From a bacterium (lineage in GTDB: Bacteria; Electryoneota; RPQS01; DYHQ01): a stretch of DNA of 64,000 bases. Of the stretch, positions 52,701 through 60,642 are shown one piece after another. The notes beneath the pieces are model-generated. The model searched no databases and was not told the origin of the DNA. It worked only from the letters and a program-made list of their open reading frames with translations. Location of the stretch: positions 29,140 to 93,139 of the forward strand of contig JAUXGA010000012.1 in the NCBI GenBank assembly GCA_030622545.1, read 5' to 3'. Every line of letters begins with the position of its first letter. Positions within the stretch are counted from its first letter, which is position 1. The translations under genes were made by a program, and so were the position numbers.

Positions 52701-54665
52701 AATCTTTCCTTCATCATCTATCAGAATGATGGCATCTTGAGCCGTGTTCGCGATCGCATGGAGCCGTTCCTCGCTTTCCCGGAGCTCCTCCTCGCCTTGC
52801 TTGCGCTTTACGGCAATGGCAATCTGATCTGAAGCAAATTGTAGAACCTCCAAATCCTTTTCAGAATAAGCAGAAGCATCTGTATAGCTTTGAATAGCCA
52901 TAGCACCGATAATTTCTTTTCCGATTTTCAGAGGAACTCCAAGCCAAACCTTCGAGGGTGTGCCAACGGTTCCCACTTCTCCAGCTTGTACCAATTTCGC
53001 AGTAACTTCCTCGGTAGCAAGAAGTGGCTCGCCTTTCTTGATGACGTAGGACGTGAGCGTTTTTCCTGCTGGGAACGATGTAAACTCGTCTTTCTCATCC
53101 GACATATGGGGAAGCGAAATCGTGTCGTTTTCTTTGTCATATAGCGCGATGTAGAAATTTGTTGTATCCACAATGGTGCTGAGCTCTTTTTGAATTTCGT
53201 TGAATAATTCTTTAAGGTCTTCGACTGTACTTGCTGCCGCAGCGATGTTATATAATACTAATTGATTTTGCTCCGCCTGCTTGCGCTCGCTGATGTCGTG
53301 CACGACGGCCTGAACTACTTGCTTGCCTCCCAAATCCAGACTATTCAGCAGGACTTCTGCAGGGAACTCCGTCCCGTCTATACGTTGATGGATCCACTCG
53401 AAACGATTGCGGCCTCCTTTCATAGCCGTTGCGATTCGCTCATTGGCCAAACTCATTGAATCCTGACCATTTGGTTGAGTTGCAGGTGACAAATCAGCCG
53501 GGTGCTTGCTGCAAAATTCTTCTTGACTGGCGCAGCCAAAAATCTGTAACGCAGCCCTGTTGCAATCGAAGAATCCCTTTTCATCGAGAAGCATCACCGC
53601 ATTGCTGGAAAAATCGTAGAGAGTATGGAATTTCGTCTCACTCTCCTGCAACGCCTCCTCCGTCCGCTTGCGCTCGGTGACATCAAGAGAAATCTCGATC
53701 ATTTGAACGAGGTTTCCGTCTTTGTCTAATATCGGGAAAGCATTGATTTCTATATTTCGGCAATTGCCGTCTTCATCGAAATGAACCTGTTCAACTATTA
53801 CAGGCCGCTTCGTCCTTTGAATTTCCTCAAGAGGACACGGAAAATCACCTCCTGAACATGGTTCGGAGCGTCCATGGATAGTTGCATAGCAGGTTGGAGG
53901 CCCTTTCGACCAATCCACATTTGCAGCCTTATTTGCCAGTTTGATCGTGTAATCGTTGACATCAATGACGGTGAAGGAGTGCGAGAGAGCATTAATGGCC
54001 ACTTGAAGAAACTTACGGTGCGCATGAATGCTCGCCTCGGCCCGCTTGCGCTCGGTGATGTCCCGTGTGATTCCAATGAAGCCAATCGGTTTGCCAGACG
54101 CATCTCGCAACAGACTGGCGCTCAGTTCGCCGGGAAACTTGGAACCATCCACCCTGATCATGCCATATTCAACACATTCAATCGATCCTTCTTCAGCCGT
54201 CTTCCGCATGTTTGCGATGGCTCTTTCTTGGTCAAGGGGAGTAATGAATTCTAAAACGCTTTTACCCAACATCTCATCATTTACACCGCACCCATACATC
54301 TTCACTGTTCGTTTGTTCACCTTAGCGATCTTGCCTTCCAAATCCGTAATTGTTATTCCATCAGTTGCAAACATAAACATACGAGACAACTTCTCCTCGC
54401 TCTCCCGCAGCACCTCCGCCGCCTGCTTGCGCCTATTAATCATGATTTGGGCTAAAACACCAAGCGTGATTAAAAGGCAGACCGTGAACGCACGCATCCA
54501 GATTTCATGCGCTTCAGGCTTGAATATCTGCTGAAAAAGATTGCCTTCTTGAAATGCAAAGACGTGTATGAAGGATTCAAATATCCAATACAATGCTCCC
54601 AGTTCTATGCTCAGCACAATCAAATTGCCTCTTGTCAAGGCACGAAATAATTTGCGGAGCTTCAT
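49710..54665 (-). CDS. Membrane-anchored hybrid sensor histidine kinase (multiple PAS, GAF, HisKA, HATPase, REC)
   Basis: Repeated DITERKxAE linkers; GGIAHDFNN, NLCANA, DTGHGM, GTGMGLS; C-terminal receiver domain. Confidence 0.95.
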   Translation of the reverse strand: MKLRKLFRALTRGNLIVLSIELGALYWIFESFIHVFAFQEGNLFQQIFKPEAHEIWMRAFTVCLLITLGVLAQIMINRRKQAAEVLRESEEKLSRMFMFATDGITITDLEGKIAKVNKRTVKMYGCGVNDEMLGKSVLEFITPLDQERAIANMRKTAEEGSIECVEYGMIRVDGSKFPGELSASLLRDASGKPIGFIGITRDITERKRAEASIHAHRKFLQVAINALSHSFTVIDVNDYTIKLANKAANVDWSKGPPTCYATIHGRSEPCSGGDFPCPLEEIQRTKRPVIVEQVHFDEDGNCRNIEINAFPILDKDGNLVQMIEISLDVTERKRTEEALQESETKFHTLYDFSSNAVMLLDEKGFFDCNRAALQIFGCASQEEFCSKHPADLSPATQPNGQDSMSLANERIATAMKGGRNRFEWIHQRIDGTEFPAEVLLNSLDLGGKQVVQAVVHDISERKQAEQNQLVLYNIAAAASTVEDLKELFNEIQKELSTIVDTTNFYIALYDKENDTISLPHMSDEKDEFTSFPAGKTLTSYVIKKGEPLLATEEVTAKLVQAGEVGTVGTPSKVWLGVPLKIGKEIIGAMAIQSYTDASAYSEKDLEVLQFASDQIAIAVKRKQGEEELRESEERLHAIANTAQDAIILIDDEGKISYWNIASERVFGFTSEEALDKDMHSLLAPEKYHEAFRAGFGAFQRTGLGTVLGKTLELEAIRKDGTKFPIEISLSSIQIKGRWHAVGVARDITERKQVEAQIREQKEFLQTSLDALTHSFIVIDVNDYTVKLANKASCADPSKELSTCYALTHGRSKPCAGGDDPCPLEMIKKTKQPVTVEHVHFDKDGNPRNMEVHAFPIFDEDGNFTQVIEYSVDITERKRTEEVLRRSNVHLLNALRIAKLGNWEYDIAKDLFTFNDEFYTLFRTTAEEVGGYTMPSARYAELFVHPEDRPMVADEVRKAIEATDPNYSRQLEHRIVYADGETGHIIVRFQIVKNSEGRTIKTYDVNQDITESKQAEEALRLFSHSTDSSVDGIAIGDLEGRITYVNDAFAGMFGYSEEEMIGKEISSIYLENQLPVLKNALAETMKGHWKGELIGKRKDGKQFPIAVSSSRVVDDDGNVVAHMTVQRDITERKQAEKALRESEWRYRDLFESANDLIQSVDDSGKFVYVNRQWRKVLGYSEEEIRKLTFIDILHPNHVSHCMEIFQRVCRGEAVDSVETVFMSKDGSEIFVEGKINLHLEDGEFIATRGIFRDITERKQAEEEKERLEIQLRQAQKMEAIGTLSGGIAHDFNNILAAMLGYADMAQREVPENNRVHSDLEAVLKAGDRAKDLVKQILAFSRQTEHESQPIQIHPVVKEVLKLLRASLPATIEIQEDINPNCGAVMGDPTQIHQILMNLCANAHYAMRETGGVLKVRLDAVDVDAKQVRANPNLSKGPYVVLTVSDTGHGMDSVTLERMFEPFYTTKPVGEGTGMGLSTTHGIVRSYNGAIVVTSELGKGSTFKVYLPKLKVETAEKVSDAEMIPRGSENILFVDDEEVLADLGQRTLRNLGYNVTVRTSSVEALEAFRAQPDRFDLVVTDQTMPNMTGVEFATEVMHIRPDMPVILITGFSEIVTSEKAKQLGIRDYILKPVMMAELGTAIRQVLDEDKKGD

Positions 54666-54666
54666 C

Positions 54667-54951
54667 TCAGATTCCCCTTAATTCGCTTAGTGATTTTACT
54701 TCAGTCTGGTAAAACAGAAGTGACCCGCGCAATATCTGCCCGATAAATGCCGCCATTAAGCATTCGATTTTTCTCATAAGTGAGCCTTTATTCATTTTTA
54801 GATGCGACGGAATTCTCGAAGAAGGCTTGTGTTCGGCTTCCGCTTTCTCAGCTTTTGTTAATTGTTTGCGAAGCGTTTTCAACTCTTCGATGAGCTGGGC
54901 TTTTGCTTTTCTGGAATTCATAGCAGTGGCTCCCATGCAATATCCCCTCAA
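54667..54951 (-). CDS. Small hypothetical protein, possibly a kinase N-terminal coiled-coil remnant
   Basis: KAKAQLIEELKTLRKQL resembles the N-terminal helix of many PAS kinases; the rest is unrecognisable. Confidence 0.35.
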   Translation of the reverse strand: MRGYCMGATAMNSRKAKAQLIEELKTLRKQLTKAEKAEAEHKPSSRIPSHLKMNKGSLMRKIECLMAAFIGQILRGSLLFYQTEVKSLSELRGI

Positions 54952-55571
54952 CTACGAAAGCTTACCCGGTGAAGGTATCGAAGGATAAAGTATAATAGAC
55001 CCTTCGGCACATTTTTCCTCCGCCGATTCCGCTATTCAAATCCATGCTGCCTTAGGTCTCAGCTTGATTCGGAGAATGCTGAAGAACAGAACCGATGTGA
55101 CACTGATTTTTTAGACAAGCCTTCTTTCATTATCAATTTGCATACAAAAAGAATGCCGCTATGCAGTTCAAATAATCTACTGAGAACTTGTTGCGAATTA
55201 TGCTACAGCATATGCTTGGAATGCTTATATTTCGGGTGCGCTTTGTTTAGCCGCGACCTCCGGTCGCGATGAATACACATTCTCGGTGCGCCGTGAACGC
55301 TCCTCACATAAAAAAGAGCTTGCAAGTATTTGGTGCTTGCAAGCTTTTGTATTCACGCAACACGACACGCAGGGATTCCGCGTATCAAGTATCGACAACT
55401 TCAGGACGGCATGTGAGTTCCATGAGATTTATCGGTTTCAAGACTTGGCGAAGCTCACTTGCGAATTCCTCCGTCTTATCGAAAAAAGGAGACGCGTTCA
55501 TCGTCCCCACGAATTCGGAATGCGTTCGCCCGCTGCGATAATCCGGTTCCCGTCGGAGATGCTTGAGATAG

Positions 55572-55775
55572 TTTGACATGAAGCGGAGCGGCCCGGCCAA
55601 TCTAACGGTGTATAACATGATGGGGCAGAAAGTGGCAACGTTGTTTGATGGCATCACCGATGCCGGTCGCCACACCGTCAATTTTGATGGAGCCAATCTT
55701 CCATCCGGAACCTATCTCTACACGTTGCAAGCCGGCGGTCATCAAGTTACCAAAAAGATGATTCTGATGAAGTGA
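55572..55775 (+). pseudogene. Orphan 3' remnant of a T9SS-CTD protein
   Basis: FDMKRSG..LTVYNMMGQKVATL...LPSGTYLYTL...TKKMILMK; in-frame TAG at 55569; no signal peptide and no YPNPFN. Confidence 0.7.
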
Positions 55776-55886
55776 TGCGTGCAACACGCCTGACCACCCA
55801 TTCTCCCGGGTGAAGTCAGGTCAAGAAAAAGATCTTTGAACGAGAGCAACAAGCCCTTAGGAATCCTTCCCAAGGGCTTGGTTTTT

Positions 55887-55960
55887 GTAGCACGCACGGG
55901 CTTCAAATCCGCAACCTCCAACGTGACAGGCTGGCGTTCTAACCAAACTGAACTACAACC
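55887..55960 (-). pseudogene. Degenerate tRNA-Asp(GTC) copy
   Basis: 43 bp identical to the intact tRNA-Asp (D arm to variable loop); acceptor stem unpaired, T-loop TTTGAAG. Confidence 0.8.
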
Positions 55961-56147
55961 GAGCATGAAATCTGTTGCGGCAGGGTCAGGGGACCCTGCT
56001 CGGCGGATTTTGGCGGACACGGCACGCCATCACCCTACGGTCGCGAGCGCATCGCCACGCTCGCCTTTGTTGAATGCACATTTATAAAGCATTGCGGCGC
56101 TGATGTTATTTGCAAGACATTGAATCTCCATACAATATAACCAAAGA

Positions 56148-56182
56148 AAAAACCCTTGTCAAGTATGAACTTAACAAGGGTT
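56148..56182 (-). terminator. Terminator-like hairpin downstream of tRNA-Asp
   Basis: AACCCTTGT...ACAAGGGTT followed by a T-tract on the minus strand. Confidence 0.65.
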
Positions 56183-56188
56183 ATGTAG

Positions 56189-56263
56189 CGGGGCCGACGG
56201 GACTCGAACCCGCGACCTCCAACGTGACAGGCTGGCGTTCTAACCAAACTGAACTACGACCCC
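56189..56263 (-). tRNA. tRNA-Asp(GTC)
   Basis: GGGGTCGTAGTTCAGTTTGGTTAGAACGCCAGCCTGTCACGTTGGAGGTCGCGGGTTCGAGTCCCGTCGGCCCCG; CCA not encoded. Confidence 0.96.
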
Positions 56264-56270
56264 GATAAAG

Positions 56271-56530
56271 AAAATCCGAAATTTAAAATCAAAAATCCGA
56301 AACGCAATATCCGAAAAACCTTGCGATACTGTTGAGCATTGGCGAAAATCCGAAATGTGATCTCAAAAACCTGAAGAACCTTGCGAAAATGTTGAGCATT
56401 AACGAAAATCAGAAATCCGAAAAGCTGTGCACCCTACTCGGCGTTGATTTTCGGGTTAAAGGACACTACTCGACGACTAAGAAATCCAAATATAAAATCC
56501 CAATTTCGGGTTTCGGATTTTGGATTTCGA
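56271..56530. repeat. AAATCCGAAA-type short repeats with a 60-bp-period tandem duplication between the tRNAs
   Basis: AACCTTGCGAnnnTGTTGAGCATTnnCGAAAATCnGAAAT at 56317 and 56377; inverted TTTCGGATTT near 56511. Confidence 0.65.
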
Positions 56531-56533
56531 TTG

Positions 56534-56607
56534 TGGGCGATGACGGATTCGAACCGCCGACATCTTGCGTGTAAAGCAAGCGCTCTAACCAACTGAGCTA
56601 ATCGCCC
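56534..56607 (-). tRNA. tRNA-Val(TAC)
   Basis: GGGCGATTAGCTCAGTTGGTTAGAGCGCTTGCTTTACACGCAAGATGTCGGCGGTTCGAATCCGTCATCGCCCA. Confidence 0.96.
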
Positions 56608-56663
56608 GAACGGCAGGTTCGATGTCCCGCAGACAGATACCGGCGACGCCAGGCAGGTCGCCC

Positions 56664-56939
56664 TTACTCCCGGCTGGTTTTCGCTTTGGGCTCCTTTAGG
56701 AAAATCGCAATCGGGATGATGACGCAATAACCCAAAACCAGAAGAACGGGCGCCAGCGTTACCGAAATGAATCCATCCACTGGTGGCCGGGAAAGGCAAA
56801 TGAAGCCGATTATGATGACCAAAATCCCTAATCCCAACCCCAGGTAATTTATGCGAGTGAAGGGAAGTCGGAAGGAGGTGGTGTCTTTCTTTTTGCGGGT
56901 TCGGGAAGCCGAACGCGCCTGAGCCTTTGGTGATGCCAC
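56664..56939 (-). CDS. Small two-TM membrane protein (DUF3098-like)
   Basis: LPFTRINY..LG....IIGF...SVTLAPVLLVLGYCVIIPIAI. Confidence 0.7.
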   Translation of the reverse strand: MASPKAQARSASRTRKKKDTTSFRLPFTRINYLGLGLGILVIIIGFICLSRPPVDGFISVTLAPVLLVLGYCVIIPIAIFLKEPKAKTSRE

Positions 56940-56966
56940 GAGACCGTTTCCTATTTTAATCAGGTT

Positions 56967-56995
56967 AAGTTAGGGATTTTCTCAGACTTTGTCAA
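56967..56995 (-). promoter_or_regulatory. Sigma70 promoter for the DUF3098-like gene and tRNAs
   Basis: TTGACA-17 bp-TAACTT on the minus strand. Confidence 0.6.
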
Positions 56996-57014
56996 GTGAC
57001 TCTTTTAGCTCCAC

Positions 57015-57638
57015 TTACCTCTTATTCATGGCGCGAGATGAATCTTCCTCTTCACGACCTCTCGTTACATAAACAAGCGGCAAGCTCAGAACAGCAACCA
57101 CCATCTTGATGATATACTGCCCAAGAATCAGCTTCCAAATCGGAAAGACCCCGGCAAAGGCAATCGTGATGAAAAGGATGCTGTCTATAAGAGTCGAGAC
57201 CGCGTTCGAGGTAATCACGCGCAGCCAAGGCTTGGCTCCCCAGCGCACAACGACCCAGTGATAAATTTCCCGGTCCGTAAACGAAGCGACCAGATAAGCT
57301 GTGAGACTTGCGATAACAATGCGCGGCGTAGAACCCAAAACACTTGAAAACGCTTCCGCGTGCGGATAGAAACGAGCGGCGGGAAGCGCCACCGCGAACC
57401 ATGCATAAAACGCCAATAAAGCATTCGCCGCGAATCCCGCCCAGATAACCGTGCGAAGTCCTTTGTAGCCTACCTCGCGATGAAGCACATCGAGAAGTGT
57501 AAACGTTATCGCATAGAGAAAGATTGCCGCGGGCACGACAATCGGGCCGAGCTGCACCGGCTTGGCGGCGGTAACGTTCGAGATGATTTCACAGGCAATA
57601 AAAAGACCGACCCAAAAAACCGTCAGCTTGCCCTTCAT
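57015..57638 (-). CDS. yhhQ: Queuosine precursor transporter (YhhQ/VUT family)
   Basis: SNVTAAK, TFTLLDVLHREVG, PRIVIASLTAYL, SNAVSTLIDSILFITIAF; start ATG 57638 overlaps the queF stop. Confidence 0.88.
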   Translation of the reverse strand: MKGKLTVFWVGLFIACEIISNVTAAKPVQLGPIVVPAAIFLYAITFTLLDVLHREVGYKGLRTVIWAGFAANALLAFYAWFAVALPAARFYPHAEAFSSVLGSTPRIVIASLTAYLVASFTDREIYHWVVVRWGAKPWLRVITSNAVSTLIDSILFITIAFAGVFPIWKLILGQYIIKMVVAVLSLPLVYVTRGREEEDSSRAMNKR

Positions 57639-58051
57639 CCTTTGTGCCCTTTTATTTGACTCGGTGGAGCAGACTTCATATATTCCACCTGAACCCGCGT
57701 CGTAATCCCGCCGCGGGCGGTGAAATCCCCGATAACTTCCATCCATCGCGGGCGGCAAAGCTTCACCAAATCATCCAGAATCATATTCACGGCAGCTTCG
57801 TAGTAGATGCCTGCGTTTCGGAAAGCAAGGAAATAGAATTTCAGGGATTTCAATTCGAGGCAAAGTTTGTCCGGTGTGTAGCAGACGATAATCGTCCCGA
57901 AATCCGGTTGTCCCGTGACCGGACAGACCGAAGTGTATTCCGGATTCTCGATGCGAATCGTGTAATCGCGCTCGGGATTCGGATTCGGAAAGGTGACGAC
58001 TTCCGGTCGCGCGACCGGCTTATTTTTAGCAGATTTTTTTGTCGGCGTCAT
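57635..58051 (-). CDS. queF: NADPH-dependent preQ0 reductase (type I QueF)
   Basis: PEYTSVCPVTGQPDFG, ELKSLKFY, FTARGGI. Confidence 0.93.
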   Translation of the reverse strand: MTPTKKSAKNKPVARPEVVTFPNPNPERDYTIRIENPEYTSVCPVTGQPDFGTIIVCYTPDKLCLELKSLKFYFLAFRNAGIYYEAAVNMILDDLVKLCRPRWMEVIGDFTARGGITTRVQVEYMKSAPPSQIKGHKG

Positions 58052-58052
58052 G

Positions 58053-60578
58053 TTACTCCAATATATATTCAGGGGGAACCATAAAAAGAAACTCTCCGGA
58101 TTGCCGGTTCATGCGCCGCAGGATTTCGAGCTCATAGTCCGCGCTGTTTTCAATTTTGTTCTTCATCAGCCATCCAAAGGGCCCACTCCGTTTGAAGAGA
58201 GCATCGAAATTGATGAATTTGCGTTTAGGATATTCGACGATTTCCACATAGCGATTCGGTGAAAGTCCCGCCCTCTCCTTCGCCAGCGTCAAGGCATCTT
58301 CCAGTCCGCCGATGCGATCCACCAATTTGAGCTCGAGGCCGCGGCGTCCCATATACACGCGACCCTGACCGACGGAATCCACATACGCGGTTTCGAGGTC
58401 TCGCCTTTCGGCGACTTTTTCCACAAAATTATCATAGAATTTCAACATCAGTCGTTTCACCTGCCGCTGCTCTTCATCATTTAAATTCCTATCGGGGACT
58501 GCGACATTCAGGAAAGGAAGGCGGATTCCGCTCCCCAGATCCGCGTGATTCCCTCGTTGGACATGGTCATATGTAAAACCGATTTTGTCACCGAAGCCGT
58601 CGTTGTAAAGCCAGCCGCCGATGACGCCGATGGAAGCGGTAATCGTGTAGGGAGACACGAAGATATCATCAGCGCTCATACTTATCCAGTAGCCACCGGA
58701 TGCCGCGACGTTGCCCTGCGTGACAATCATCGGTTTCTTCTCTGAAACCTTCCCCACGCCCTCATCCACGAGATCCGATGGCAACGCATCGCCGCCGGGA
58801 GAATCCGCGCGCAAAACAACAGCTTTGATGCGTTTGTTCTTGGCTAGTTTTGAAAGTACGCGCGAAGTATAGCGACCGCGAATACCGGTTTCCAAATCGC
58901 AGAGTCCCAAAGCATACACCAGAGCGATTTGCGGGGGTATTCCCCATTCATCGCGCTCGGCGCGTTCTTCCAAAAGCGAGCCGTATGAAGTGAAGAAGAT
59001 AGTCCTTTTTCCGGATACTTCCTTTGCGAATTTTTTCGCCTTGTCCCGGCGTCCGATGGTATCCACCAGACCAAATCTCACTGCTTCATCGGCTGTAAAA
59101 TAGAGTTCATGATTGACAAGACTGTCGAATTTCGCGCGAGACATCTTTCGAACAGCGGAGACGTCTTTGGCGAATTCATCATACGTGTCCCCGACGAGTT
59201 CGTCTCTTTGTTCCCGGTCGGCTTCCGAAAAATTCTCGCGGGATAGTGCCTCAAAAGCGGATTTATATTTGAAATATCTCCATTCATCGACACCGATACC
59301 GATTTTCTCGAAGAAGTTCTTCCAGAACGTCCGTCCCATGTTGAACCCCGGCAGCATGATGGCTCCGATGGGATCCATCCAGATTTTATCCCCGACGGAT
59401 GCCAGATAATATTCCCACATGCCGGCGCGTTCAAAATAGACAATCAGCTTCTTGTCGCTCTTTTTGAAATCAATGAGTTTTTCGCGCAGCTCCCAGATGA
59501 GTTCGGGGCCGCTGACCCAACCCCACCCGCTGGAAAATCCGGTCAAATCCAGAACAATACCTCCGACCAGCGGATTGTTCTTGGCGTCCTCAATTTGCTG
59601 AATTAAATCAATCAGCGGATGTTTTTTGTCATCAAATAATTTAGCTTTCTGATAGGATAAATGTCCCTTTAATTTCATCGTTTGAAAAACTCGCCGGTGG
59701 CCTATGAGAGCCATCACAGGCAAACCGCTCACTAACGGACCCGAGCGCACGAGATAGCTGGTCGACGTCTGCTCGCTGTCTTTGTCATAGTGAGGTGTCA
59801 CATGGAATCCAAATCCGTCGATGGTCAGTCCGAGGCGCAGGCTGTAGCTTTGAGTTCGCACGCCAAGCTCGCTTAACTCCTCAGTCTTGAGTGCCAATCG
59901 AATTCCGGAAAAGGGTTCGACTTCAAGTCCGACGCCCCAATCCACATCATCGAACCGGTCTTTTTCATTAAAAGAAACATCTCCGAAAATCGTAGCGAAG
60001 GGTGTTCCGAAAGGCCGGATGCCCAAATCCACCATAGCGCGCCGTTCCGGATGCTCCAGCGAAAAGACTGTCGCGGCTCCAAAAGAAGCGTGACGGCAAG
60101 GTCTCCAAAGTGAGCCTAAAGTCAACAGCTTGCTCCGGCGTTCCGGAATCTCATTTCCCTGAGAAAAAGTGTAGGCCACACCGAAAGATGTTTCTCTATC
60201 ACCCCCCGCCAAGGCAAACTGATAATCCATCACGCGAGCGGTTCCGGTTTGCGAGTACAAACGAGTCATCGAAGGATAAGTGGAGCGGCGCATACTGAAG
60301 CCGACTCCACCTCCGCCCATGAATAATCCCCAATTATCCAGATAATTTTCTCGGATGGAGCGGTCGTTCCAAGTGAACGCGACTTCTCCGCGTTTCATCA
60401 TCGCCCAGACCGCGGGATTGAAATACGCTCCGGCCGCGCCACCCATAGCGCCCGGCGTTCCCGCTAAAAAACGCGATTCGGTCGCATAATCGGGAATATG
60501 CGTCGCGCCGGACTGAGCGATTGCCGCTATCGGCAACAACGCCACAAGTAGGATTCCTGTTATCCATTTCTTCGTCAT
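58053..60578 (-). CDS. sppA: S49 peptidase / SppA with a long N-terminal putative beta-barrel domain
   Basis: YKSA, LRADSPGG, VAASGGYW, TASIGV, QGRVYMG, LVDRIGG; about 280-aa N-terminal region with NPA motif and amphipathic strands. Confidence 0.85.
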   Translation of the reverse strand: MTKKWITGILLVALLPIAAIAQSGATHIPDYATESRFLAGTPGAMGGAAGAYFNPAVWAMMKRGEVAFTWNDRSIRENYLDNWGLFMGGGGVGFSMRRSTYPSMTRLYSQTGTARVMDYQFALAGGDRETSFGVAYTFSQGNEIPERRSKLLTLGSLWRPCRHASFGAATVFSLEHPERRAMVDLGIRPFGTPFATIFGDVSFNEKDRFDDVDWGVGLEVEPFSGIRLALKTEELSELGVRTQSYSLRLGLTIDGFGFHVTPHYDKDSEQTSTSYLVRSGPLVSGLPVMALIGHRRVFQTMKLKGHLSYQKAKLFDDKKHPLIDLIQQIEDAKNNPLVGGIVLDLTGFSSGWGWVSGPELIWELREKLIDFKKSDKKLIVYFERAGMWEYYLASVGDKIWMDPIGAIMLPGFNMGRTFWKNFFEKIGIGVDEWRYFKYKSAFEALSRENFSEADREQRDELVGDTYDEFAKDVSAVRKMSRAKFDSLVNHELYFTADEAVRFGLVDTIGRRDKAKKFAKEVSGKRTIFFTSYGSLLEERAERDEWGIPPQIALVYALGLCDLETGIRGRYTSRVLSKLAKNKRIKAVVLRADSPGGDALPSDLVDEGVGKVSEKKPMIVTQGNVAASGGYWISMSADDIFVSPYTITASIGVIGGWLYNDGFGDKIGFTYDHVQRGNHADLGSGIRLPFLNVAVPDRNLNDEEQRQVKRLMLKFYDNFVEKVAERRDLETAYVDSVGQGRVYMGRRGLELKLVDRIGGLEDALTLAKERAGLSPNRYVEIVEYPKRKFINFDALFKRSGPFGWLMKNKIENSADYELEILRRMNRQSGEFLFMVPPEYILE

Positions 60579-60642
60579 ATTATCTCCATCTCCTGCGTGA
60601 GTATTTTAAATTTCTCACCCCGCCTGCGGGAGGGGTAACCTT

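Noticed and set aside
49100..56000. Intact tRNA-integrated genomic island or prophage
   Set aside because: No integrase, phage gene or matching distal att repeat found in the window
55742..56799. ORFs 55742-56020, 55836-56087, 56035-56247, 56332-56574 and 56434-56799
   Set aside because: They overlap tRNA genes, the pseudo-tRNA or repeats; spurious translations
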